Source: a virus
Taxonomy: Duplodnaviria > Heunggongvirae > Uroviricota > Caudoviricetes
IMG/VR virus record: IMGVR_UViG_3300029610_000240
Direction: 5' to 3' (one strand)
Length of the DNA: 52,002 nt
In this document: positions 17,557 to 28,625 of the stretch, in pieces
Position numbering within the stretch: the stretch's first letter is position 1
How the letters are laid out: every line of letters starts with the position of its first letter
The notes under the pieces: generated by a model
What the model saw: the letters and a program-made list of their open reading frames with translations, nothing else
Told to the model about the DNA's origin: nothing
Database searches by the model: none
Program-made: the position numbers and the translations under genes

Positions 17557-20500
17557 ATGACAGAAGATAATAAAGATCAGTATGGTAGAAAAGATGAAAA
17601 GCTAAAAATTTATCGAATTCCACTGAATTTTAAAATTGATGCGTCTGTTTTAGGATTTACAATTGAGTGGAAACGCCTTTTTGAATCATTGGCAGTCGGA
17701 GCAATCTGTTTTCTAACAGCATTAATGATAGGCGGTATGTTTTCGCTTGATGCGAAAGTTATGCTTGGTATAGAGGCATTAGGTTTTATCGGTGGAACAG
17801 CAGCTTCTATGGTTGGTATCAATGGAGTATCCTTATTAGATTACTTATTAAGAATCTTCCATTTCATGAAAGAACGGAAGGTATATGGTCCTCCTGATGA
17901 AGCATATCGGGAACGATATGAATTGGAATTAGATAAAGAAAGAGTTAAAAATCAAAAAAATGTTAATACAAAATTCGATGATGCAAATAGTAAAAGCAGC
18001 AAGAAAAAAAGAGGTGGTAAAAAAGAAAAAGTTGATAAAAAGGCTTTAAAAATGGAAAAGAAGAGAAAAGCCTATGAGAAAAAGATTAAAGAACAGATGA
18101 TTCGTCAGGGTGAAGACCCAGTAAAAGTTGCTTCATTATATATAGAGTTTCCTAAAAATGATAAAAACAAAGAAAAACAACAACCGGATAGTTCTGAAAA
18201 GAAAGATTATCCGATTTATCGATTAGGAAGAAATATTAAAAAATCAATACAGACTCAGATGTCAAGATATCTCGGAAGTAGCAAAAATATTAGAGATCAA
18301 AAAATTATTGACGGATATGAAATTCCGACACCATTCACGACGGCAGTAGATATGATTCCAATCAAAAGTATCTCAAATGGAGTTATCATTACCAAAAATA
18401 ATGACTTTGTAAAGATAATAGAAATCAATCCTGTGCGTTACGATTTAAAAACAAATCGTGAGAAAAACAAGATCATAGAAAATTTTGCCAAATATCTTAA
18501 AGTTGCACCTAAATCAATGCAGATTAAGTCGATTAGTGTGAATGCTGATCTTTCTGGAATTATTAAAGATTCAGAAGAAATTATCAGTATGGAAGATAAT
18601 GAAAAATGTCGTGTTTTACAACAGGATGAAATTGAATATTTAAAACAGGTAAAATCACATTCTGTAACAAGACGCTATTACATCATCTATAAAGTCGAAA
18701 ATGTAGCTAATACAGTAGATGAATCCATAAAAGCAATTAATGTCTTAAATGGTTACTATATGACAGCTCAGCACTATTTGTCCAATTGTGGGCTTAGTAT
18801 TAATGAATATTCAAAAAACCATTCAGAGAACATGCTGTATAACTTGTATACTATGTTGCACAAAAATAGTCCTGTATCTTGTTATGATTATAAGATGCAG
18901 ACCAGTGCCAGGTATCTGCAGGGAATTTCTGAACCAAAGGTATTAAGAAATGTTCCAATTGCAGATTTCTTTTCACCTGTGACTGTAAATGTTTCAAAAC
19001 ATAAATATGTAAAATTAGATGATACATATAAGGCATATTTTTATTTGTCTGGAGAAGAAGGATATCGAGAATCTGTATATGGAGACTGGATCACGAATCT
19101 GACCAATTATGATGATACGATAGATGTTGATATCTTCGTTCGTAGAGAAAATAAAGGTATTGTAAAACAACAGTTAGGTTTTGCATTGCGTAATAATAAG
19201 AGTTCTATTGAACATTTAAAAGATACTGATGTCAGCTATGATAAACGTGTTGGTCGATTAATGTCTACATATTATATTAAACAGCAGTTAGATGGCGAAG
19301 ATTTTTATTATATGAGTATTCTAGTTACTTTATCCGCTAAAAGTGAAGAAGCATTAATGTTGAAGATCAAAGCATTTAAAGATGAAATGAAGTCAAAGGA
19401 AATGCAAGTATATGGATGTGAATTTATCGAAGATACTGCATTTTTAAATACGCTTCCATTAAATACACTTGATCCTAAATGGATTGAGCCAAACGCAAAA
19501 AGAAATGTTTTAACTATGGGATTATCAGCATGTTTTCCGTTCTTTTCTAATGAAATATCTGATGCAAAAGGAATTTATATTGGACTAAATAAGGAAGATG
19601 GCAGCACAATTCTTTTAGATCTGTTTAACAGATCATTATATAACAATGCAAATGTATGTGTATTGGGTGGATCTGGTTCCGGTAAAACATATCTGATTCA
19701 GTTGATAGCCATGAGATATCGAAAGAAACGAATGCCAACTTATGTTATTGCTCCATTAAAAGGGTTTGAATGGAAAAGAGCATGTCTTGAATTAGGTGGT
19801 ACATTCATAGAGCTGTCAGAAACAAGTTCTAGCCACATTAATATCATGGATGTAAGAGTTAGAGATACGAGTGCAGATGCAATGATCGATAGTGTAACCG
19901 AAAATAAATCAGCTATGTTAGCAAAGATTTCTGTATTAAAAACATTCTTTTCCCTGCTTACAAGCAATCTATCTCCAGCAGAACAGGATGATCTTGAGGG
20001 GGAATTAGATATTGCATTAACTAAGGTGTATAGAAAATATGGAATCACAGAAGATAATGACTCTTTGTTCGATGAAAATGGAAATTATAAAGAAATGCCA
20101 ATCCTTGGTGATGTATATGAAGAATGTCAGAAGGATGATTATGAATGTATGAGTCCATTGTTAAAACAGCTGAAAAAGTTTGTCTATGGTACTTATAAAG
20201 GATTTAATAATCGTACCAATGTTAATCTGGACAATCTGTATATCGTGTTTGATGTTTCCACGATCGGAGCTAAAAATTTACTGCCAATAGTTATGTTCAT
20301 TGCAACGGATTTTGTGTGGAGTAAAGTTAAGGAGGATCGTACACAGGATAAAATCGTACTGCTTGACGAAGTTTGGAAGTTAATTAATACAAATGATACA
20401 GTAGCAGAATATGTTTTGGAACTCTATAAAACTATTCGTGGTTATGGTGGCGGTGTTGTTTGTGCTACACAGGATTTAACTGACTTTACAGCATTGAAAA

Positions 20501-20802
20501 ATGGTATGTATGGAAATCGTATCTTATCCAACTCCAGTGCTAAGATTATTATGAAAATTCAGTCTGAAAATCTAAATGAGATTCGAAGAGTATTCTCTTT
20601 AACAGAAGATGAATTTGACAGTATTCTAGCTATGAAAAAAGGACAAGGTATCTTAATATCCAATCAGGATAATGTCATGATTAATGTTATGGCGAGTGAA
20701 AAAGAAGATCGCCTAATCACTACAGATGCAAGCAAACTAAGAGGGTATTATGGAGATTCCAAGCAAATAGAAAGAGAACAACAACGTAGAATTGCAGGAT
20801 AA
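17557..20802 (+). CDS. virB4: VirB4-like conjugal ATPase with N-terminal PrgI-like membrane domain
   Basis: Walker A GGSGSGKT, Walker B IVLLDEVW, KTIRGYGG..ATQ; N-terminal Y.IP.N plus 2 TM segments. Confidence 0.88.
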   Translation: MTEDNKDQYGRKDEKLKIYRIPLNFKIDASVLGFTIEWKRLFESLAVGAICFLTALMIGGMFSLDAKVMLGIEALGFIGGTAASMVGINGVSLLDYLLRIFHFMKERKVYGPPDEAYRERYELELDKERVKNQKNVNTKFDDANSKSSKKKRGGKKEKVDKKALKMEKKRKAYEKKIKEQMIRQGEDPVKVASLYIEFPKNDKNKEKQQPDSSEKKDYPIYRLGRNIKKSIQTQMSRYLGSSKNIRDQKIIDGYEIPTPFTTAVDMIPIKSISNGVIITKNNDFVKIIEINPVRYDLKTNREKNKIIENFAKYLKVAPKSMQIKSISVNADLSGIIKDSEEIISMEDNEKCRVLQQDEIEYLKQVKSHSVTRRYYIIYKVENVANTVDESIKAINVLNGYYMTAQHYLSNCGLSINEYSKNHSENMLYNLYTMLHKNSPVSCYDYKMQTSARYLQGISEPKVLRNVPIADFFSPVTVNVSKHKYVKLDDTYKAYFYLSGEEGYRESVYGDWITNLTNYDDTIDVDIFVRRENKGIVKQQLGFALRNNKSSIEHLKDTDVSYDKRVGRLMSTYYIKQQLDGEDFYYMSILVTLSAKSEEALMLKIKAFKDEMKSKEMQVYGCEFIEDTAFLNTLPLNTLDPKWIEPNAKRNVLTMGLSACFPFFSNEISDAKGIYIGLNKEDGSTILLDLFNRSLYNNANVCVLGGSGSGKTYLIQLIAMRYRKKRMPTYVIAPLKGFEWKRACLELGGTFIELSETSSSHINIMDVRVRDTSADAMIDSVTENKSAMLAKISVLKTFFSLLTSNLSPAEQDDLEGELDIALTKVYRKYGITEDNDSLFDENGNYKEMPILGDVYEECQKDDYECMSPLLKQLKKFVYGTYKGFNNRTNVNLDNLYIVFDVSTIGAKNLLPIVMFIATDFVWSKVKEDRTQDKIVLLDEVWKLINTNDTVAEYVLELYKTIRGYGGGVVCATQDLTDFTALKNGMYGNRILSNSSAKIIMKIQSENLNEIRRVFSLTEDEFDSILAMKKGQGILISNQDNVMINVMASEKEDRLITTDASKLRGYYGDSKQIEREQQRRIAG

Positions 20803-20813
20803 AAGAAAGGAAT

Positions 20814-21500
20814 GTGATATTTATGATGAAACAGAGAGATTTTAAAATATCTCCTAGCCGTGGATTAAAAATACAGGAGACGATCAGCAATGAGCTGATT
20901 GGACGTTACAGACAGTTGTTAATGTCTCAATTATACAGCTGGTTTGATGAAGGGGATGGAAATGTTGTATATAGGGCGGTAACGAAGTTGCTAAAAAAAG
21001 GAGTATTTACAATTGTCCCAGATCCTAAAGATCAAGGAAGAGAACTGATCAAGGCAGCGTTTTATAGTCAGGTATTAGATAAAGAAATGCTTGCAGCATT
21101 TTGGGCGTTAATTTTTCTACGGAATATAAAGGCAAATGATGATGTTGCCTTAGTAACACATTATCCGGATAAAGGTGATACCTGTGCAAAAATCAGTGCC
21201 TTCTTTGAAGATTCTGATGTGGAAACACAGATTCTATATTGTAAACAGGGATTTGAGAATCGAGATTATGCGGCAATTCAGTTTAATGAACCGGATGAAG
21301 AAGAGTATCTTCCAGATCGGTTTGTGATTATCGAAAATGAAGAACAGATTCCTCATATTCGCTTTTCGAATATTGTTGCGTATTTGATGGTAGAAGAAGA
21401 TGGAACTGTTTCTGTAGCATCTGATATCAGGAAAAGAACTGATAATAACAAAAAGGTAAAGATTAATGAAGCTTCAATTGATGCAGAAAATGAAGAATAA
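20814..21500 (+). CDS. Hypothetical conjugation-region protein
   Basis: 228-aa ORF directly downstream of virB4. Confidence 0.7.
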   Translation: MIFMMKQRDFKISPSRGLKIQETISNELIGRYRQLLMSQLYSWFDEGDGNVVYRAVTKLLKKGVFTIVPDPKDQGRELIKAAFYSQVLDKEMLAAFWALIFLRNIKANDDVALVTHYPDKGDTCAKISAFFEDSDVETQILYCKQGFENRDYAAIQFNEPDEEEYLPDRFVIIENEEQIPHIRFSNIVAYLMVEEDGTVSVASDIRKRTDNNKKVKINEASIDAENEE

Positions 21501-21728
21501 TACAAAACATTATAAATATCACAAATTACTAATATTGTGCATGATGTGAAAATGCAAAAAATATATGTAAAGTGTGTGATTTGTGTAAAATACACACATA
21601 AAACATTATAAATGTAGAAAATGTAGGTTTTATATCTTACAGATATTACATATCATGCACATTCTAGTATTTATTGCGATATTTGTGTGCTATTTATAGA
21701 TAAAGAAATATATAAAAGGAGTAAGGCT

Positions 21729-22523
21729 ATGAAAGTAAATGTTAAAGAAGTTGATATTTTTAAAAAAATGGGGAATGATGATGGGGATAGAGAGGGAAGA
21801 TCGCAACAAATGACACATCAGGCAAATCTAATTCTTCAAAAAGCGAATGATGAAAAGAGGGATTATTTGGTTCGAGCTTTAACAAAAAGTGTTGAAACAA
21901 ATACTAAAATAAGAGGATTACTACAGACTTCCCTTAGTGAAACTGATCTTTCTTATTCTATTCAGATGGAAGATGCTTATACAATGGCTGTTCAAATGGT
22001 AAATGATCTAAGAAGAGTTATTCAAATTGGGGACGGTATTATCGTCAAAAATGGCGAAGCTAAGCGTTATGGACGTATAATTGAACCACTTGATGTTCCA
22101 GTTGAAATTCATTATATAAATGGTCTTTTCAAGATCCAGATTCCAACCCTTCCATCCAGAGGAATTAAGAAAGATTCTGACTTAAAAGCAATCGAGGATG
22201 CTGTACATAATGCTATTGAAAGGTTCTTTGAATATAATGTTGAAATAGCGGCCCAAGCACGTAAATTTGCTGGTAAAAAGTATGTAGTTCATGAGCAATA
22301 TGTACTGCCAGTAAGTGAAACAATTGATATTGACAGGATCGATTTTTCTAATATTATTGATATGTTATCTATAGAATTTTGCTATGGATATGATGATTCA
22401 GATTATCTACGAAAGCATGTTCAGACAGTAAAAAATTGGGGAACCAGAAGTTATGCGAACCTGTATATTGTCCTAGAAGATGAATATAAAGAAAAGCTTG
22501 AATGGATTGAAAGGGATCTGTAA
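21729..22523 (+). CDS. Hypothetical protein
   Basis: AAGGAG RBS before ATG 21729; long ORF. Confidence 0.7.
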   Translation: MKVNVKEVDIFKKMGNDDGDREGRSQQMTHQANLILQKANDEKRDYLVRALTKSVETNTKIRGLLQTSLSETDLSYSIQMEDAYTMAVQMVNDLRRVIQIGDGIIVKNGEAKRYGRIIEPLDVPVEIHYINGLFKIQIPTLPSRGIKKDSDLKAIEDAVHNAIERFFEYNVEIAAQARKFAGKKYVVHEQYVLPVSETIDIDRIDFSNIIDMLSIEFCYGYDDSDYLRKHVQTVKNWGTRSYANLYIVLEDEYKEKLEWIERDL

Positions 22524-22710
22524 AAGGGGGTACTTTTTGTAATTAAAGTGCATGATCATAATAAGAAAAAGAGGGTACTTTTCTGCTGTAAAAGGGGGTA
22601 CTTTTCTGTCCTTAAACGGGGTACTTTTTACGTTAAAGGGGGTACTTTTCTGTCCTTAAACAGGGTACTTTTTGTACAAAAACCGAAAAGCAGAAAAGTA
22701 CCCCCTTTTA
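22521..22710. repeat. Iteron-like array, putative origin
   Basis: GGGTACTTTT core at 22528, 22573, 22596, 22619, 22640 and 22663 (about 22-bp phasing); inverted 20-bp copy at 22691-22710. Confidence 0.8.
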
Positions 22711-22928
22711 GTGCAAAAAAAATAATTAAAAATCCAGTAAAAATGCGGGTTTCAAGACTTTTAATATGCCGCCAAAGAATCGAAATACAGCCCTTACAGG
22801 TTCATAGCCTTTACATCATTAATCAACATAAGGAAAAGAGGGCGAAAGGCATGGGTTGAGAATAAAACGAAAACGGCAGCAAGAAAAATGGAAAATGGGG
22901 ATGATAAGCAGGAAGGAAGGCGTGATAA

Positions 22929-24203
22929 ATGACTGATACAGAAAAGAGAACAAGGAGAAAAAGAACGATGTCAATGATCGGGACAAAGGGGTATTTTCTC
23001 AAGATTATTGCAATGTCAGGGGCGATTGATCTGGAAGGGATCAGGATATTTTACCAGACTCATAATGGAAGAAGAGTTAAGGATAAGAACATGAAAATAT
23101 TAAGGGAGAATGGATATATACAGAAGGCTGTCTTTAGAAGAAAAAGCTATTATCATCTCACTCAAAAAGGAAAAGATATTGTACTGGCAGGAGAGGTCAA
23201 GAATACCTTGGACTGCTCGGAATATCTGACAGGAAATGTTGTCACAAACATAATGCCGTTATCATACAAAGACAATAAAGATAAAGTGCAGCGATGTATT
23301 TACCAGGGGCGGATATTAGCCGAGATGTATCAAGGAAGGATACCGATATTCTGGACGGATAAAGAAGATATCTTTAAAAATGAGAAGAAAGTAAGATATG
23401 TTTTGGAGCAGAGGATGGAAGAGGCCGGCAGTAAGAAAGATACTTTGATGAATATGGCAGAATATGTATCCGCAGCGAAGCGAAGCGAGTTGGGATTGGA
23501 TGATGATGCATGGGAGAGGCATGAATATGACAAGAGATATGGCCTCTATCTATACGGAAGAGAGGAAAAGAGTCTGGCAACATATTATCCTGTCATGGAG
23601 ATAAAGAATCACAAGAACCCTGCATTAAAGCAGAGCCGGGCATTAGGATGTCTAGTAGTAAAGAAAAATGCACCGTATGCAATATATTATATGGATGATA
23701 ATCTGATCCGTTGGAAACCAAAGGCAGAAGCAGATATGAGGAAATGGGTAGGAAATGCTTGCGAAAAGATATTTAAGGGAAGGTATCAGGGAGACAGTGA
23801 ATTTGTCAGAGGATTATTCATCGTAAAAAACTACGAAGTTGTCTATCGAATGATCATGGAAGAAGAACAGAGCCGAATCAGAAGAAATATTACATTGGAT
23901 AATCGAGTATACACGCAGAATCACTATACAACACTGGAAGATATGGAATTTTATTATAATCCTGAATTAAGTGTAAAGATCATAGATGAAATAGTGAAAA
24001 GATATGGAATAGAAAACCGTAATGGACGTTTTATATATAATGGGATGAGAGCATGGTTTGGCTTTCGTGTTTCATCTTTGGATATAGAACAGATGAAATC
24101 CGGATATGTTTTTTGTATGCGAAGCCAAGCGAAGCTGTATGAGGGATTGGGAATGTATCCAATAGAGATTAATGATATTGTGGCAGCAGTAAGAAATGCT
24201 TAA
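22929..24203 (+). CDS. Putative replication initiator or replication-relaxation-like protein with N-terminal winged helix
   Basis: LRENGYI..YYHLTQKG wHTH wing motif; directly downstream of the iteron array. Function is inferred. Confidence 0.5.
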   Translation: MTDTEKRTRRKRTMSMIGTKGYFLKIIAMSGAIDLEGIRIFYQTHNGRRVKDKNMKILRENGYIQKAVFRRKSYYHLTQKGKDIVLAGEVKNTLDCSEYLTGNVVTNIMPLSYKDNKDKVQRCIYQGRILAEMYQGRIPIFWTDKEDIFKNEKKVRYVLEQRMEEAGSKKDTLMNMAEYVSAAKRSELGLDDDAWERHEYDKRYGLYLYGREEKSLATYYPVMEIKNHKNPALKQSRALGCLVVKKNAPYAIYYMDDNLIRWKPKAEADMRKWVGNACEKIFKGRYQGDSEFVRGLFIVKNYEVVYRMIMEEEQSRIRRNITLDNRVYTQNHYTTLEDMEFYYNPELSVKIIDEIVKRYGIENRNGRFIYNGMRAWFGFRVSSLDIEQMKSGYVFCMRSQAKLYEGLGMYPIEINDIVAAVRNA

Positions 24204-24284
24204 TATTGTTGCAATAGGGGAATTATTTAAAACCTATTTAAGAAACTATAAAATCAAAAGTAGAGAAGAAGGAAGGAAAACAAA

Positions 24285-26015
24285 ATGACGAAGATCGTTG
24301 ATATTGAAGATATCAGAAAAAAGAGGGAGAAGAAAGAAATAGGAATTCCTATTGAGAATATCAATAAAAAGGAATTGAAAAGACGAGGTCATGAGATTGG
24401 AGACATTCTTGGATGTGATGAGAAAGGGGAAGAGATCTGTGTCCGAAAAGGAAAAGGGAACCTCTATGTAGACGGGGACATGGAAAAAGAACAATTGTTT
24501 GATTTTATGAGAAGTCAGATCTATCAGAACATACAAAGAGGAGATTCCATGGTGATTGTAGATCTTGGAAGCAAGATGTATAAAAGGGAATTATGGATTT
24601 ATCTAACGATTCATGGGTATCGGGTAGACAGTTACAATATGGACTGCATGACGGAATCTGACTGTTTTAACTGCTTGGATGGATTAGGAACAGGGGATGA
24701 GAAACAGATCGTAATGATTGCAAATGACATCATTGATGACCAGAAATACAAGTTCATGACATATCCAGTAGAAATGGCATCTAAAGCATTGTTGTCCGCT
24801 GTTCTGCTTGCATCATTAACAGAAATGGAAGAAACAGATCAAAACATGGTAGAGATTGCAACAATCTTTCGGTTAGGTGTTTCAGGAGTAATGTTGGATA
24901 AGATTCTGCACGTGATGTTTGAAGAATTAGATGAAACGTGTTCAGCGAAGCAGTTATTTGCAATGTATAGCGAAGCAGAGGAAGGAATCAGGATGGAAGC
25001 CATTCAAAAGATCGGTGATTCATTGGCGGTATATGAAAAACGAGCGAATGGTAGCCAGTGTGATAATTTCCGTACAAACCGATACGACATGGAAATGCCT
25101 GTCAAAGAAAAGTCTGTATTGTTTATCGAACCTGGACAGGATACAGAAGATAAAGTGTTGTTCAGTGTATTTATGGAGAGGCTATATGATTCCATGTTAA
25201 AGAAAGCAGAGGAACGGCAGCAGGATGTTACAGTGATGCTGTTGGATTATCCGTATTATGGAGGATTATGCGGACTGGAAAAATATATGGAAGAAGGTCC
25301 AGAGAAAGGAATTTATACAACATTGTATGAGGATGATCGAAAGCTTGATGGAAGTGGCTATGCACCGCATCTGGTAGAACTGTATAGCCTATGTGATATT
25401 TCAGTATGTATCAAAGATACAGCGATTCCTTTGTGCGAGATAGAAAAGTGCAAAAATCCGGTGACTGGAGAGTGTTCAAAGAGAAAAGATGGGTTATGCT
25501 ACTATCCGGCTGCAAGGAACCGGTGTAAGGAATTTATTATCGGATATGATCGTGACAAGGAAGAAGCAATGTTTGTAACAGGGTATCTTTACGATCCAGA
25601 GGATCATCCATGTAAAATTCCAGAAAATGTAGAAGAACTTCTAACGATGTGGAACGAAAGTAATTCAACGACAGCTACCATAGACGAAGAAGAGGAAGAA
25701 TTAATAAATAAGTGGGGCAAATTAATCTGTATTGATGTAGATGATCTGATTGAAATCAATGATCTGATCAAAAAAGATGGCTATGACGCAGAAGGATTTC
25801 AATTAGAAGAAGTGCCACACCCAAATGTATATTGCTTTGTTAATCATAAAAAGAAGCAGTGTTTTGATGTTGTGAGATTTGCGGATGGTCCGTGGAATTT
25901 TTCTTATCTTGGATATGAAGATATAGGGGATACTTCCGTATTGGTAAACAAGCTGGCGGATTCCATCAAGGAGGCAATTGAGAAGTATAAGGATGTTGCA
26001 AGACAATTTGTATAG
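24285..26015 (+). CDS. Degenerate soluble VirD4-like protein fused to a C-terminal unknown domain
   Basis: Aligns by eye with local VirD4 (ILG, RGDSM.I.D, SDCFNCL, QNMVE, MLLDYP) but lacks TMs and Walker A. Confidence 0.75.
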   Translation: MTKIVDIEDIRKKREKKEIGIPIENINKKELKRRGHEIGDILGCDEKGEEICVRKGKGNLYVDGDMEKEQLFDFMRSQIYQNIQRGDSMVIVDLGSKMYKRELWIYLTIHGYRVDSYNMDCMTESDCFNCLDGLGTGDEKQIVMIANDIIDDQKYKFMTYPVEMASKALLSAVLLASLTEMEETDQNMVEIATIFRLGVSGVMLDKILHVMFEELDETCSAKQLFAMYSEAEEGIRMEAIQKIGDSLAVYEKRANGSQCDNFRTNRYDMEMPVKEKSVLFIEPGQDTEDKVLFSVFMERLYDSMLKKAEERQQDVTVMLLDYPYYGGLCGLEKYMEEGPEKGIYTTLYEDDRKLDGSGYAPHLVELYSLCDISVCIKDTAIPLCEIEKCKNPVTGECSKRKDGLCYYPAARNRCKEFIIGYDRDKEEAMFVTGYLYDPEDHPCKIPENVEELLTMWNESNSTTATIDEEEEELINKWGKLICIDVDDLIEINDLIKKDGYDAEGFQLEEVPHPNVYCFVNHKKKQCFDVVRFADGPWNFSYLGYEDIGDTSVLVNKLADSIKEAIEKYKDVARQFV

Positions 26016-26163
26016 TTTATCCTCTTTCAGCAAGAAGACTCCAACTTCTAAGGTGGAAGAGGATATGAGATGATTGGTCATGGACCAGAAATAAGGATTG
26101 TACAGATCATAAATATTATTGTGATCAACGTACAATCTTTTTTTCATATCAAAATTTAGGAAT

Positions 26164-26469
26164 GTGAAAGGAGAAAAATTTGTGATTGGAAACGTTAATG
26201 CATACCTGACTAATCCAGGTAGTAGCAATCCAGAAAAAGTAATTGATTATTATTCAAATTCAGACTTTGAATATAATATTCGCGTAGGAGACTATTGTAA
26301 AGTTACATTAGACAGCAACCTACTTTACTGGATATCAGGCATTGTGGTTGAAATTGATGAAGAAGAGAATGCTTTTTCGATAAAGGATTCTAATGGTAGT
26401 GTCACTAAAATTTCTTGTGACAATATCTGTGATATACAGTCCGGAGAAGAATTGCAGGATTGCTTATAA
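26164..26469 (+). CDS. Hypothetical protein
   Basis: 101-aa acidic ORF. Confidence 0.55.
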   Translation: MKGEKFVIGNVNAYLTNPGSSNPEKVIDYYSNSDFEYNIRVGDYCKVTLDSNLLYWISGIVVEIDEEENAFSIKDSNGSVTKISCDNICDIQSGEELQDCL

Positions 26470-26542
26470 ATCATATAAGAACAGGCTCACAAAAAGGTGA
26501 GATTAAGAAACTATAAAATCAAAAGTAAAGGAGTAAAGAAGT

Positions 26543-27139
26543 ATGTTAGAAACAGAATTTTTATTTTTTCAGGGAATGAAGAAAAGAATTGACCAGAGAA
26601 TCAGTGAAGGAAATTACGATGAGGCAGCAGTCAGTATGCAGAAATGCATGGAGTACATATTAAATAGTCTTGATGGTAGAAACAATGATTATCAGAAAGT
26701 TTGTGTATTGTTTGAAGTTCAGGCAAGGGTTATAGAAAATCAGCCTCAATACCCTTTTTATTGGCATGAATGGGAAACAGTCATTAACTATTGTGATCAG
26801 CAGATGCATTTGCAAGGAAAACCAATTGATTTAGAACAGTTAAAATCAGATACAGTGATTGCACATCAAATGTTTGAAAAAATAGTACAAGATTATCTCA
26901 ATCATGGAGACATTGTTATTTCTAATAAACTTAACAATGAACATAGATCAGAAAATCAAAGACCTCAACGAAAAACTAATTGGCAATCACCCGAAACGAA
27001 AATCATTCATCTAGCAGAACCTTCCATGCAAGAAAGATTCAATCGTGCATGGAAAAAAGTAAATGATGAAGAGGCGGCAGCAGGTGAGACAGAAAAAGGA
27101 GTTCTTGAAGGAGCAATTAAATGCATGATGAAAAAATAA
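26543..27139 (+). CDS. Hypothetical protein
   Basis: AAGGAG RBS; 198 aa. Confidence 0.7.
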   Translation: MLETEFLFFQGMKKRIDQRISEGNYDEAAVSMQKCMEYILNSLDGRNNDYQKVCVLFEVQARVIENQPQYPFYWHEWETVINYCDQQMHLQGKPIDLEQLKSDTVIAHQMFEKIVQDYLNHGDIVISNKLNNEHRSENQRPQRKTNWQSPETKIIHLAEPSMQERFNRAWKKVNDEEAAAGETEKGVLEGAIKCMMKK

Positions 27140-27158
27140 AGAAAGGAAAGGCATATCT

Positions 27159-28532
27159 ATGTGTAAAAAGGTAGAAACAAATGAAAATTTCTTTTCACTA
27201 GGAGAAGTTTTAGTTAGAGAAATTAGTCCAGAACTATTAAAACATGAATCCGAAACAGGAGATATTCTTGGATGTAATGCAACAGGAGAAAAAATTTTAA
27301 CGACAACAGGATATGGGAACCTAAATGTAAGAAGCAGCAATTTGTCTGACAGGGAACCATTGATTGATTTTGCACGAAATCAGATATATCAGAGAATACG
27401 AAGAGGTGATTCCATGATAATCATTGATCCAGAAAGAAGACTCCATACCAGAGAAATGTGGATCTACTTAACAATTCATGGATATTGTGTAGATAGTTAT
27501 GATCTTGACTGCATGGATGGATCATGCTGTTTTAATTGCTTATCTGGAGTTGATAAAGAATTAAGAAAAGAAGATTTAGATCTAATCCAAAGGATCGCAG
27601 ATGATATTATCGATGATCAGCGACATAACGCTCCCTTTGCAGTCGATAAAATTTCTAAGATATTGTTATCTGCAGTTATGATAGCTGCGATTACAGAGAT
27701 GGAGGAAAAAGATCGCAACATGGTTGAAATTGCAACAATCTTTCGATTAGGAGTTTCAGGTGTCATGTTAGATAAAATCCTTCATGTAATGTTTGATGAG
27801 TTAGATACTTCTCATCCTGGTAAGAAATTATTTGAGATTTACAGCGAAGCACCTGTTGAAATTAAGTTATATGCAATTCAAAGGGTTGCTGATGCATTGA
27901 AAGTGTATGAAGATTATATAAGTGAAAACTTTAAGCTTCATCAATACGATATGGCAATGCCAGTTAAACAGAAATGTGTATTGTTTGTAACACCAGGAAA
28001 AGCTGCACAGAATAAGGTTTTGTTTAGTGCTTTTATGGAAAAGTTATATGATACGATGATGGCAGCAGCTGACCTAAATCCAAAACATCCAAAGGTTCAG
28101 GTTGATCTCTTTGATTATCCATTACATGGAGTTATTGAAGGCTTAAGTGATTATATAAAGAATGGAAATGATAAGGGGATTTTTACTTCTCTTTATACAG
28201 AATGTAAGGATATTGAAACAATTGACCAGGGAGGGTTTATGGAGCATGTCAGTGATATATATGATCATTGCAAAATAGACGTTCTGATCGAAGATTCAGA
28301 TTCTTCCCTGCATTACACACATAAATGTGGAAATACAATCATCGGAGAAGAACCAAAGATTCCAGGAATGTCATGTCATTCTAATGATCCAAAATATCAT
28401 GAGATTATAAAATGCAAAGATAATGAAGATGCAATCGAATGCCATTGTTATATGTACAGATCAGAGAATCATCCTTATCCGATTCCAGAAAATACAGAGG
28501 ACTTATTAACGATGTATAATAAACGGAGATAA
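27159..28532 (+). CDS. Degenerate soluble VirD4-like protein
   Basis: Close paralogue of 24285 (identical NMVEIATIFRLGVSGVMLDKILHVMF); no Walker A. Confidence 0.75.
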   Translation: MCKKVETNENFFSLGEVLVREISPELLKHESETGDILGCNATGEKILTTTGYGNLNVRSSNLSDREPLIDFARNQIYQRIRRGDSMIIIDPERRLHTREMWIYLTIHGYCVDSYDLDCMDGSCCFNCLSGVDKELRKEDLDLIQRIADDIIDDQRHNAPFAVDKISKILLSAVMIAAITEMEEKDRNMVEIATIFRLGVSGVMLDKILHVMFDELDTSHPGKKLFEIYSEAPVEIKLYAIQRVADALKVYEDYISENFKLHQYDMAMPVKQKCVLFVTPGKAAQNKVLFSAFMEKLYDTMMAAADLNPKHPKVQVDLFDYPLHGVIEGLSDYIKNGNDKGIFTSLYTECKDIETIDQGGFMEHVSDIYDHCKIDVLIEDSDSSLHYTHKCGNTIIGEEPKIPGMSCHSNDPKYHEIIKCKDNEDAIECHCYMYRSENHPYPIPENTEDLLTMYNKRR

Positions 28533-28625
28533 CCAAATACCAATATAAAAATAGCGGTCTTTTCCTTTCGTTAGGTAAACTACCGCTATTCTTATATTGG
28601 GAGATAATACATAAGGAGTATTGAC

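Noticed and set aside
21504..21613. Duplicated AAAACATTATAAAT in an AT-rich intergenic region as oriT
   Set aside because: Low complexity and no recognisable nic motif; insufficient support
22548..22859. 103-aa ORF over the iterons
   Set aside because: Translation of repeat DNA with no RBS; likely spurious
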